This document shows, piece after piece, positions 18,798 through 28,531 of a stretch of 55,973 nucleotides of DNA. The DNA lies in the NCBI GenBank assembly GCA_046483985.1, contig JAWOCD010000033.1:1-55973 (forward strand). The letters run 5' to 3'. Source of the stretch: Promethearchaeia archaeon (GTDB lineage Archaea > Asgardarchaeota > Lokiarchaeia > Sigyniarchaeales > SOKP01). The stretch's first letter is position 1. Every line of letters begins with the position of its first letter. A model generated the notes under the pieces. The model ran no database searches, was not told the origin of the DNA, and saw only the letters and a list, made by a program, of their open reading frames with translations. Position numbers and translations under genes: made by a program.

Positions 18798-19982
18798 TCA
18801 GTCCGTTTGATTTGCATTACGAATTGCTCGTCTTATCGCCTTCTTTTGTATGATTTTCACCGCAATAATGACTCCCGCAACTATTGCAGTAATGCCGATG
18901 GCTAAAATTAGAAAATCCCCAAGCGGAAAATTAGAATCTATATCCCAAGGATAATTCCCCTCATAATCTTGATTTTTTTCTGTGTAATAATTATTATAAA
19001 TAAATTGCTCCACTGTCTTTCCCGTAACTTCAAGGCTGTTCCTGGAAATATGGGATAAATCATCATCTGTGGTATGGTGGTAGGGCCAATCCGGATTTTC
19101 CCAAAAATTAATGATCAGATCTGCTGCTGGAATTCCTTCGTCCACAAATGGTTTATGGTCATCCTCAATTTTATTTACTTCCGGCATTGTTGGAAATTCA
19201 TCTGTGTATCCAAGTGCTCGACCGACTTGAAATAGTTCGTCCAATAGTGAGGAGGTTGAATACTGTTCATCGATAAATTTTAGATTTTCTCCAGCCACCA
19301 TATCTAAGAGGATCATTGCATCAAAATCTTCAGTATTCTTATCATAAAACTCCGTAAGATCTGAAACAAATTCATTAGAGCCTTCGCAAAAAGACCACTC
19401 TTGCATTGCATATTCCCCACTATTATCTTTCCCTTGATCTTCGGCGTCAAAAAGAAGAAACCACAATTGACAATCCAAATTTTCTCGTTGTGCATAGAAA
19501 AGGCGTGCCAATTCAATAATTACTCCACATCCTGAAGCACCGTCATTCGCACCAGGAACGGGAGAATCGGGGTTAGTTTCATCTTTCGTAGCTTTTGCGC
19601 GAGAATCATAATGTGCGCCGATTATAATGATATTTTGATGACCCTCATTAAGTTTAAACAATAAATTTCTGCAATCTGTGGACATTATTGTATATTCATG
19701 CGGATAATATGAAATTTCATCCCCAATCTCGTTAAATGCATTAATAAAATACTGCTGGCAATCAAGACTTGCTTGTGTACCAGGAGATCTATTCCCAAAA
19801 TTTACCTGCGTCTCCACATGAGAATGAGCAGCCTCTTTGTTAAATTTCAATTCTACATCAATATTTTGAAACTCGCCCGCCGAATGAGGCGGAAAAAAAA
19901 ATAAGGTAATAAATAGTCCACCGATTATCATCGGAGTTAAGATACTAAGAACTCGTTTCCACAACAAGGTGAACAACATCAC
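18798..19982 (-). CDS. Membrane-anchored M28-family metallopeptidase / glutaminyl cyclase-like
   Basis: GAHYDSR, GANDGASG, FDAED, LLDMV, DDHKPF, HHTTDD; signal and C-terminal TM. Confidence 0.88.
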   Translation of the reverse strand: MMLFTLLWKRVLSILTPMIIGGLFITLFFFPPHSAGEFQNIDVELKFNKEAAHSHVETQVNFGNRSPGTQASLDCQQYFINAFNEIGDEISYYPHEYTIMSTDCRNLLFKLNEGHQNIIIIGAHYDSRAKATKDETNPDSPVPGANDGASGCGVIIELARLFYAQRENLDCQLWFLLFDAEDQGKDNSGEYAMQEWSFCEGSNEFVSDLTEFYDKNTEDFDAMILLDMVAGENLKFIDEQYSTSSLLDELFQVGRALGYTDEFPTMPEVNKIEDDHKPFVDEGIPAADLIINFWENPDWPYHHTTDDDLSHISRNSLEVTGKTVEQFIYNNYYTEKNQDYEGNYPWDIDSNFPLGDFLILAIGITAIVAGVIIAVKIIQKKAIRRAIRNANQTD

Positions 19983-19990
19983 AGTTTTTT

Positions 19991-20214
19991 TTGAACTAAC
20001 ACGGCCTAAGGAGCGGTGGATTCGTAATTCATCGCAAATCCCTCGCCTAAGTGCACGAGTCTTATAGATGCTCCAAACGCTAACCCCGCAGCCCTTGCGG
20101 TTACACGATGAACTCGGTTATCGTCCATCACTATTTTTATAGTATTAATCGTTTATAAATGTATGTGCGAATCATCCCCGCCTTGAAGAAGGGGGGCATT
20201 CTCACACTCTAGTG
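19991..20214 (-). mobile_element. Complete 224-bp non-autonomous IS200/IS605 (IS608-like) mini-element C carrying an omega-RNA
   Basis: Minus strand: target TTAC (20215-20218)|left end with hairpin CCCCCCTT-cttc-AAGGCGGGG; TTTATAAA; 5' hairpin GATGGAC..GTTCATC; ACCGCAAGGGCTGCGG..GCGTTTGGAG scaffold; right end GAAT...TCAA. Confidence 0.8.
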
Positions 20215-20315
20215 GTAAAAATTGAAGATTATATTTAAAATAAGGTGCTCAAGATTTATAATGTTTTGATTTTAAAAGAAAACAAAAATAAAAGATAAAA
20301 AGAAAGAAAAAAGAG

Positions 20316-22238
20316 TTATTCTTCTTCGAGCATTTCTTTAATTCTATCAATGGTGGTCGGATCTTCAATAGTACTGAGATCTCCCGGTTCTTTTCCCTCA
20401 ACGAGATTTTTAATGGCACGCCGAATGATTTTTCCAGATCTGGTCTTTGGTAATGCTTCCACGAAATAGATTGCTTTTGGGGTTGCAACGGGACCGATTT
20501 GTTCACGTACAATCTGTTTCATTTCATCAGCTAATTCTGGGCTTTCTTCATACCCTTTCTTTAACACAACCATCGCAACGGGCACTTGTCCCTTCACCTC
20601 ATCTTTCACTCCAATACAGCATACTTCTGCAACGGCTTCATGTTTGGTAAAAACTGCTTCCATTTCGCCTGTACCTAGTCGATGTCCCGCAACTTTAATA
20701 ACCTCATCAGCTCGACCTAAAACATAAAAATATCCATCTTCATCTTCAATCGCATAATCTCCAGTAGCATAGTAGTTATGATCGGGAAATACATTATAGT
20801 AAGAGTCCTTATATCGCTGATCGTTTTTATAAACAGTTAAAAGGACTGATGGAGGAGTTGGAGGTCTGGCAACGAGATATCCCTTTTCGCCTTTACCTAC
20901 TTCCTCTCCATTAGCATCTACAACGAGTAAATCCCATCCCCACATTGGTTTCGTGGGACTGCCAGGCTTTATTTTTAATGGAGCAACACCATAAGGGTTC
21001 GCTAAAATAGGCCAACCAGTTTCAGTCTGCCAGTAATTGTCAATAACCGCGATATCCTCTCCTAAGACTTCATTCATCCATTTATAGGTGGGTTTATCCA
21101 ACGGTTCACCTGCCAGATAGATTGTATCTAAGGAACTCAGATCATTGTCGGTGATATATTTTTTATCATATTTCTTTAAAATTCTAAAGGCAGTCGGGGC
21201 CGAAAAGACGGTATTTACATCATAATTCTCAATTATTTTAAACCAAGCATTGGGTTCAGGATAGACTGGAGTGCCTTCATAAATTATCGACGTACATCCT
21301 TTAAATAAAGGAGCATAAATAATATAGGAGTGCCCCACAACCCATCCGATATCGCTTGTTGCAAAGTAGACTTGTCCAGTATCCGTATTAAAAATGGACT
21401 TCATTGAATGATAAAGCGCAACAAGATGACCTCCCGTATCACGGACCACACCTTTTGGTTTTCCGGTCGTTCCGCTGGTGTAGAGAATATATGAGGGATC
21501 TGTGCTGTTCATTACCTCTGGCTCAACAAACACATCATCCCCTTTTTCTTCCATCAAATCATCCCAATAGACATCTCTGCCCTCTTCCATAGAATGATCA
21601 ACTAGTTCCCGATTCACTACTATGTTATGGGGGACTTTATATTCGGTCGTCTCTAATGTGTCATCAACAATCGTTTTCAGATCAATCTCTTTTCCATTCC
21701 TCACACTTCCATCTGCACTAATTATAACTTCAGGCTCAGAATCCTCAATTCGTACAGAGAGTGAGCGGACTGAAAAGCCTGCAAATACAACTGAATGAAT
21801 TGCACCAATTCTTACACAAGCAAGCATAGCAATGGCAGCTTCGGGGATCATCGGTAAATAAATAACAATTCTATCTCCTTTTTCGACTCCATAATCTTTC
21901 AGAACGCTTGCAAACCGGTTAACCCGGCTTAATAATTCTTTATATGTGATCTTTTCTTCCTTTCCGAGCTCAGAATACCAAATAAATGCATTGCGATCTG
22001 GAGCTTTTTCTGCCCATCGGTCTACCGCGTTATAACAAGTATTAGTCTGACCTCCAACGAACCATTTATAAAACGGAGGATTACTGTCATCGAGAACTTG
22101 ATCCCATTTTTTATACCAATGGATATTCTCGGCAATAGGCTCCCAGAATTCTGCTGGATTCTCTAACGATTGCTTATGCATTTTTTTATATTTCTTAAGA
22201 TTTTCTTTATGACTCATATTATTTTCCTCATAATTCAT
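20316..22238 (-). CDS. acs: Acetate/propionate--CoA ligase (AMP-forming)
   Basis: YILYTSGTTGKPKG, SDIGWVVGHSY, DNYWQTETG, GRADEVIKVAGHRLG, LPKTRSGKI; could be PrpE-type. Confidence 0.9.
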   Translation of the reverse strand: MNYEENNMSHKENLKKYKKMHKQSLENPAEFWEPIAENIHWYKKWDQVLDDSNPPFYKWFVGGQTNTCYNAVDRWAEKAPDRNAFIWYSELGKEEKITYKELLSRVNRFASVLKDYGVEKGDRIVIYLPMIPEAAIAMLACVRIGAIHSVVFAGFSVRSLSVRIEDSEPEVIISADGSVRNGKEIDLKTIVDDTLETTEYKVPHNIVVNRELVDHSMEEGRDVYWDDLMEEKGDDVFVEPEVMNSTDPSYILYTSGTTGKPKGVVRDTGGHLVALYHSMKSIFNTDTGQVYFATSDIGWVVGHSYIIYAPLFKGCTSIIYEGTPVYPEPNAWFKIIENYDVNTVFSAPTAFRILKKYDKKYITDNDLSSLDTIYLAGEPLDKPTYKWMNEVLGEDIAVIDNYWQTETGWPILANPYGVAPLKIKPGSPTKPMWGWDLLVVDANGEEVGKGEKGYLVARPPTPPSVLLTVYKNDQRYKDSYYNVFPDHNYYATGDYAIEDEDGYFYVLGRADEVIKVAGHRLGTGEMEAVFTKHEAVAEVCCIGVKDEVKGQVPVAMVVLKKGYEESPELADEMKQIVREQIGPVATPKAIYFVEALPKTRSGKIIRRAIKNLVEGKEPGDLSTIEDPTTIDRIKEMLEEE

Positions 22239-22528
22239 ATATTTCGATTTTATTAAATATTGGATTAGAAAAATTTTAAATCTTTCCTAAAAATTGAGAT
22301 TTAAAATCTACTAAATTAATATTTTTTTAAGATAAAATTTATCTTCTTCATATTTTTATGATATCTTAAATTTTGCAAATTTTAACAATGGGTCCTTTTT
22401 GAGATCAAACTCCTTCCTTAAGAATATTTTCAGACCAAAGGAAAAATCCTAAAATTGAATGGTAAAAGTTATTTAGTTTCGTAATTTACCTAATTTATTA
22501 TTTATAATGAAAAAGAGAGTTAAAACAC

Positions 22529-23326
22529 ATGAATGAAAAAAGATTTGAAGGAAAAGTTGTATTCGTAAGCGGAGGATCTTCCGGTTTAGGGAAACGAACT
22601 GCTAAGGACTTCGCAAAAGAGGGTACGAAAGTTATTCTTTTCGATAAAGACGCAGAAAATGGAAACAAAGTCCAAAAAGAAATAACAAAAGAGGGCGGTG
22701 AAGCAATCTATATAGAAGGCGATGTAAGAGAGAAATCCTCTGTCGAAGATGGAGTTGAAAAGGCATTTCAAAAATTCGGAACAGTAGATTTTTTAATCAA
22801 TTCAGCTGGAATCCTTCAAGACGGTATGATCCACAAACTTCCAGAAGAAAAATGGAATAATGTGATAGACACAAACCTTAAGGGATGTTTTCTATGTCTT
22901 CAAGCATGCGCTACACGATGGATCAAGGCTGCAAAAGCAGAAAAAAAAGAGGAAATAAAAGATTATCCCGATAAAAGAGTAGTAAGTATAAGCTCACAAG
23001 CAGCGGAAGGAAATATCGGACAAATCAATTATTCTGCATCCAAAGCAGGATTAATAGGAATGACAAAAACAGCCGCAATGGAACTTATTAGATACAACGT
23101 CAAAGTTCATAGCGTAATGCCCACGTTAATTGATACTCCAATACTCGGAGAATTATTATCAAAACAAGATGGAAAATGGAGAAAATATTATTCAGATCGT
23201 ATTCCGTTAGGGATCGGACAACCAAAGCATGTATCAGACGCAATCCGGTTTCTCTGTAGCGAAGAATCTTCCTTTACAACAGGCATCGTTCTACCCGTTA
23301 ATGGTGGACGCTTAGGTAAATTATGA
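22529..23326 (+). CDS. Short-chain dehydrogenase/reductase (FabG-like)
   Basis: SGGSSGLG, NSAG, GQINYSASK. Confidence 0.9.
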   Translation: MNEKRFEGKVVFVSGGSSGLGKRTAKDFAKEGTKVILFDKDAENGNKVQKEITKEGGEAIYIEGDVREKSSVEDGVEKAFQKFGTVDFLINSAGILQDGMIHKLPEEKWNNVIDTNLKGCFLCLQACATRWIKAAKAEKKEEIKDYPDKRVVSISSQAAEGNIGQINYSASKAGLIGMTKTAAMELIRYNVKVHSVMPTLIDTPILGELLSKQDGKWRKYYSDRIPLGIGQPKHVSDAIRFLCSEESSFTTGIVLPVNGGRLGKL

Positions 23327-23644
23327 AAAAGATTCGTTGGCTATGGAAAATTTTTAAGAATAAGTATTTTTTTATTCCTTTAGACATTTCTAATTTCCGA
23401 TAAGGGTTTTTACCTCTTTATATTGTTTGAGTTTCCTAAACAAATAAGAAAGAATATTGTTAAGATAATTACTGAGTTTTCTCTTGCGTTTTATAGCGAA
23501 TCTTCTACTTCTCCTGGTAGAATATCTCTTATTTTCTTTTATGGGTTTTTGTTGGTAGTATGCTATTTTTTTTGTTTTTTTTATAAATTGCCAAGAAAGA
23601 AATGTATGTTAAAATCGAAGAAAGCTAAAAAGAAAAAAAAAGCA

Positions 23645-23744
23645 GTAATGGAATGCTTGTATTGTATTAAAAAATACAAAGCGCATAAAAATATCGTGGA
23701 GGAATAAATTTTATGGCTAGAAACAAACAAATGCATTCCATTAC
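23645..23744. repeat. 100-bp inverted-repeat element (12-bp perfect arms with two internal hairpins)
   Basis: GTAATGGAATGC (23645-23656) / GCATTCCATTAC (23733-23744); internal TTGTATT/AATACAA and CATAAAA/TTTTATG. Confidence 0.55.
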
Positions 23745-24441
23745 CAAAAAATTTGTTTCTATTATACTAATATTGTTCCAAATTAATAAATCTTTCTGTT
23801 GAAATTATGAACGCTTAGCATAATTATTCCATTAAGTATATTGCTAGACCATATCTTAAGAATCTAAAAAAAGGATTAACATAACAAGCCGATCGATTAT
23901 GAATAAATTCTTTAAGCTTTCATAATTTTTATAGAAAAAAAAGATTTTTCTCCAATTTAATGGTCAAAGCATCATTTTTTTTAGAGTTAATTGTTTTGTT
24001 TTTGAGTTAGATTTTATTTTTTTAATGAGAATTTTGACAGCTTACTAAAATTTATTAAAATTTTAATAATGAGCAAACTAATAACTCAGATGTTTTGATG
24101 CAATATTCGTGAATCTACACCAGAACTAACATTATTCTGATAAGAAGATAGCCTAATTAATCATAAATCAATACACTCCTCAGAGTATTCATGTTATGTG
24201 AGAAAAACCTAAATATCGTCATAAACAAAAATTGAGGGAGATTACACATTATGCATTATAATCCTCTTTTTTCAGAATGGTTTCTTGAGGTGATTCTTCA
24301 TTAAATCAAGATATTTTCTTAGGGTTCAAAATTAATTCTAATTTTTAATTTTCCTTCCTTCGTTTATGATATAATTTGCGTATTAGAAAAAGAAAGAGGA
24401 TATAGTAACGGACTTTAATTTGAAATAATGAAAAATAAAAG

Positions 24442-24855
24442 TTATAAATCGGCTGGATTTAACAGAGTGAAATCTTTCTCCTTTAATACCTTTTCAGCCT
24501 TTTCATTGTTATTTACACGGACAATCATAATTGTTTCATCCCGGAGGATGGTTGAGTACAGATACTCAATATTTACGTTATTTTCTCCCAGTAAGTTAGC
24601 GATATCGAATAATTTATTCGCCTCGTAGGAGAGTTTAACCGCTAAAACCTCATTTGCATTAAATGAGTAGCCATGCTCTTCCAGTATATCTATACATTTA
24701 TCAGGCTTATTAACTAATAGAAGGATTAATCCATAATCCGCGGTTTCCGCTACAGATATAGCATCAATTTTAATTACATTCTCTGAAAACAACTTAATCA
24801 ACTTAGCTAATTCGCCTGGATTATTTGGCAAAAAAATTGACAATTCTTTTATCAT
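24442..24855 (-). CDS. Tandem ACT-domain protein
   Basis: ELSIFLPNNPGELA...AISVAETADYG...NVNIEYLYS. Confidence 0.88.
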   Translation of the reverse strand: MIKELSIFLPNNPGELAKLIKLFSENVIKIDAISVAETADYGLILLLVNKPDKCIDILEEHGYSFNANEVLAVKLSYEANKLFDIANLLGENNVNIEYLYSTILRDETIMIVRVNNNEKAEKVLKEKDFTLLNPADL

Positions 24856-25039
24856 TTTCTCTCTTCCAATACATTTATTTTTTTCTTTATTTATTATTAA
24901 ATCTGTATTAACATTTATGTAATATCTCTTAAACAGTTTTATATTTTTTCAAAAATTTATAGAATTTTATTAGGGAGATTATAAAACTGCTGCAAAATGG
25001 TTTTTGTTTACTCAAGATGAAAAATGTAAAGGGTAAAAT

Positions 25040-25462
25040 TTAGAATGCTTCCCTTTTTTCAAGAGTAAACCCATTTTCCTCAAGCACGTTAGTAGCCTTC
25101 TCATTATCGCTCACCTTTAAGATAATTAATGACTCATCCTTTATTAACGTGGAATAGAGAAAATCAATATTTACTTCATTCTCCCCGAGAGTTTCCGCAA
25201 TTTTTTTGAGGCCTAATATATTTGATGATTCATTCGGGACTTTTACCGCAAGCACTTGCGTTATCGAAACAGAATATCCGTGATCATCTAATATACCTAC
25301 ACATTTCTTGGGCTTATCAACTAATAAGAGTAAAAGTCCCCATTCATTATTTTCAGCTACAGTAACTGCTCTGATTTCAATATTATGATCGATAAGTAAG
25401 TCTAAAAATCTGGAAAATGTCCCAGGTTTATTTTCTAGGAATACAGATAGTTGTTTTAACAT
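25040..25462 (-). CDS. Tandem ACT-domain protein
   Basis: QLSVFLENKPG...VNIDFLYS; paralogue of 24442..24855. Confidence 0.88.
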   Translation of the reverse strand: MLKQLSVFLENKPGTFSRFLDLLIDHNIEIRAVTVAENNEWGLLLLLVDKPKKCVGILDDHGYSVSITQVLAVKVPNESSNILGLKKIAETLGENEVNIDFLYSTLIKDESLIILKVSDNEKATNVLEENGFTLEKREAF

Positions 25463-25578
25463 AGCTAATACTTCAACTCCAATAATTTATTCTATAATCA
25501 TTTTAGCTTTTATCCTATTAAAATTTTAAAAACCGAATTTTAAACATATTTAACCTTAGCTGAATTATACATTAAATA

Positions 25579-26388
25579 ATGAACAAAAATAATCATAGAG
25601 TTGCTCTAATTACAGGCTCCTCCCATGGAATTGGAAAGGCTATTTTGTTAAAATTAGCAAAATTGGGATATTGTGTCATCGCAAACGGAGCATCAACAGA
25701 ACATCTTCCAAAAAGTTATATTGAAGAATTAAATGAGAGATACAGAGAGAAAAGTGAAAATCCGAGTGAAAACTTCTTATATATTCAAGCTGATATAAGT
25801 AGCAAAAGCGGACGGAAAAAAATAATCTCGCAAATTAAAGAAAAGTTTGGAAGGATTGATGTATTGGTGAATAATGCGGGAGTTGCACCCAAAGAAAGAA
25901 GAGATATTTTAGAGGCAACTGAAGCATCCTTTGAGTGGGTCATGAAAATTAATCTGCAAGGACCCTATTTTTTGACCCAGCACGTAGCAAATTGGATGAT
26001 TAATCTAAAAGAAGAATTGAACAGCTCCTATAAACCATATATCGTCAATATTTCTTCTCTCTCAAGCTATGCATCCTCTCCATCGCGGGGAGAATATTGT
26101 ATTTCGAAGGCTGGAGTAACCATGATGACCAGACTATATGCGGATCGGTTGGCAGAGTATAATATTCCTGTATACGAAATTCAGCCGGGGATCATCAAAA
26201 CCCCCATGACAGAGCCCGTCAAGGAAAAATATGATAAATTATTTGAAGAAGGTATTGCCCCAATAAGCAGATGGGGAAAACCAGAAGATGTTGCAAAAGC
26301 GGTGTCCGCAATTGTACAAGGGCTTCTTCCTTACTCCACCGGAGATATCATCCACATTGATGGGGGGTTTCACCTTAAACGTTTATAA
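25579..26388 (+). CDS. Short-chain dehydrogenase/reductase (3-ketoacyl-reductase-like)
   Basis: TGSSHGIG, NNAG, YCISK. Confidence 0.9.
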   Translation: MNKNNHRVALITGSSHGIGKAILLKLAKLGYCVIANGASTEHLPKSYIEELNERYREKSENPSENFLYIQADISSKSGRKKIISQIKEKFGRIDVLVNNAGVAPKERRDILEATEASFEWVMKINLQGPYFLTQHVANWMINLKEELNSSYKPYIVNISSLSSYASSPSRGEYCISKAGVTMMTRLYADRLAEYNIPVYEIQPGIIKTPMTEPVKEKYDKLFEEGIAPISRWGKPEDVAKAVSAIVQGLLPYSTGDIIHIDGGFHLKRL

Positions 26389-26431
26389 TCCATTCATAAT
26401 ACCGAATTGAACTAAAATGAAGGAGTGAGAG

Positions 26432-28477
26432 ATGAAAAAGAATTTACAACAAAAAGATGCAAAAATCAATGGGGAATATAATACAATAATTATTGGATCC
26501 GGCGCTGCTGGACTTAACTGTGCTCTCCATCTGGTTGAAGAGGGTGTTCCCCCGAATCAAATCGCCATTCTTACTGAAAACTTAGGCGGTGGGACATCCT
26601 TTAATACGGGCTCAGATAAACAGACTTATTATAAATTATCCATAATTGGCAAAGAACATGACTCCCCTATTGAGATGGCACAAGATTTCTTTGCGGGTGG
26701 AGCAATGCACGGAGATATTGCTCTAGTTGAATCCACAAATTCTATAAGAGAATTCTTTCATTTAGTACACGTAGGCGTTCCGTTTCCATATGATAAATAC
26801 GGCGGTTATGTGGGATATAAAACAGACAACGACCCGCGCCAACGAGCGACTTCAATCGGACCCTTAACGTCCCAAGAGATGGGAAAATGCTTACTGAAAG
26901 AAGTACAAAAACACGAGATCCCCATTTTCGATAAGTCCTATGGGGTAAAGATTCTTACATCGAAAAAGGAGCCAAAACAAGCAGTTGGTGTGATCTGTTT
27001 AGACTTATCCAAACTAAATAATGAAGAAAAAATTTCACATGATCTCGGAATAGAAAGGCTGTTTCGCATCTTTAAAGGAAATAACATCGTGATGGGCACA
27101 GGGGGTCCAGCAATCTTGTACAAGAATTCTGTATATCCCAAATCTCAGAAAGGAAGTATGGGGTTGGCCATAGATGCGGGCTGTATTTTACAGAATTTGA
27201 CAGAGTCGCAATTTGGTTTGGCCTCCGTTCAATTTCGATGGAATGTATCAGGTTCCTATCAACAAGTTATTCCTCGCTATTTTTCAATTGATGAAGACGG
27301 AAAGGAGCAAGAGTTTTTAAATAAATATTTTTCCGATTTTACCCGCCTTTCAAAGGCAACCTTCTTAAAAGGATATCAATGGCCTTTCAATCCAGAGAGA
27401 GTCCAGAGTTTTGGTTCCTCCCTAATAGACCTCGCAGTATATTATGAAACGGAGGTTTTAGGAAGACGGGTATTTCTGGATTTTAGAAGGAATCCCTCTA
27501 ATTTCGATGAAGAAAAGATGAGCAAAATTGCCTTAAATTACTTGCAAAAATCTAAGGCGCTTGCAGATACCCCACTTAAAAGGTTGCAGGAATTAAACGA
27601 AGATGCTATTATCCTCTACAAAAATCATAATATTGATTTAAAAGATGAGCCATTGGAAATTGCCGTATGTAACCAGCATCTAAACGGAGGGGTGCAAGGA
27701 GATATCTGGTGGGAAACGAATATTCCTCATTTATTTGCCATCGGAGAGGTGAATGGTAGTCATGGAATACACCGACCCGGTGGAGCAGCCTTGAACTCGG
27801 GGCAAGTCGGAGGGTTAAGAGCTGCACAACGAATTGCACATATATACAATGATACCCTTGAGATGGACAATGAGAGGTGGCTTGAGATAGCCAATATAGA
27901 ACTAAATTCACTGCAAAAGGAACTTGAACTACTCATTAGAGGGAGTGCAAAAAAAGAAGGAAAAATGAGGCCTAATAAAATGTTGCTTCAAATTCAGAAT
28001 CGTATGTCTCAATTCGGTGGAATAATACGACCACAAGAAAATTTGGACAAAGAAATTAGAAAAGTTGAGGAAACTCTCGGAGATATAACCCAAAACATTT
28101 CAATAGAGTCTAAAAACGATATACTCTTATATTATCGGGTTAAGGACGCATTACTTACCCAAAAATTGTTCTTGGAAGCAATCATGGATTACCACCAGAA
28201 CCATGGAAAAAGCAGAGGGTCATATTTGATCATACGGAGGAATCTAACATCAAGGTTTGAAGAAAAATATATATCCCCCCCAGCAAATTTAAAGCGTTTT
28301 AAATTTATTACCAGTTCCCAAAACTTGTCAGATCAAATCCAAGAAATTTCTTACGAGCAAGAACACGTAGAACTTACATGGGAGCATGTTCGAGAGATAC
28401 CACAAGAGGTGGGATGGTTTGAAAACACATGGAAAAAATATCAGGAAGAAAAAATTTATCAGAAAACACAAAACTAA
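26432..28477 (+). CDS. FAD-dependent oxidoreductase, SdhA/FrdA/NadB-like flavoprotein
   Basis: IIGSGAAG, TGG, QHLNGG, LFAIGEV, HGIHRPGGAAL, SRGS. Confidence 0.82.
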   Translation: MKKNLQQKDAKINGEYNTIIIGSGAAGLNCALHLVEEGVPPNQIAILTENLGGGTSFNTGSDKQTYYKLSIIGKEHDSPIEMAQDFFAGGAMHGDIALVESTNSIREFFHLVHVGVPFPYDKYGGYVGYKTDNDPRQRATSIGPLTSQEMGKCLLKEVQKHEIPIFDKSYGVKILTSKKEPKQAVGVICLDLSKLNNEEKISHDLGIERLFRIFKGNNIVMGTGGPAILYKNSVYPKSQKGSMGLAIDAGCILQNLTESQFGLASVQFRWNVSGSYQQVIPRYFSIDEDGKEQEFLNKYFSDFTRLSKATFLKGYQWPFNPERVQSFGSSLIDLAVYYETEVLGRRVFLDFRRNPSNFDEEKMSKIALNYLQKSKALADTPLKRLQELNEDAIILYKNHNIDLKDEPLEIAVCNQHLNGGVQGDIWWETNIPHLFAIGEVNGSHGIHRPGGAALNSGQVGGLRAAQRIAHIYNDTLEMDNERWLEIANIELNSLQKELELLIRGSAKKEGKMRPNKMLLQIQNRMSQFGGIIRPQENLDKEIRKVEETLGDITQNISIESKNDILLYYRVKDALLTQKLFLEAIMDYHQNHGKSRGSYLIIRRNLTSRFEEKYISPPANLKRFKFITSSQNLSDQIQEISYEQEHVELTWEHVREIPQEVGWFENTWKKYQEEKIYQKTQN

Positions 28478-28531
28478 AACCCTATAATTCAAAAATAAAG
28501 AAGGAAAAAAATTGGAAAGTCTCCAAAAAAA

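Noticed and set aside
15789-20130. CRISPR array, box C/D sRNA or SECIS interpretation of the repeated segments
   Set aside because: The repeats are dispersed, over 100 nt and not regularly spaced; no RUGAUGA/CUGA pair; no adjacent in-frame UGA selenoprotein seen. IS200/IS605 end signatures explain them better.
22396-22409. 13/14 match to the guide of omega-RNA B in the acs/SDR divergent promoter region
   Set aside because: Short, AT-rich, includes a homopolymer and is not preceded by TTAC/TTTC; compatible with chance.
23423-23707. 94-aa plus-strand ORF
   Set aside because: TTG start, low-complexity A/T runs, no motif; likely spurious.
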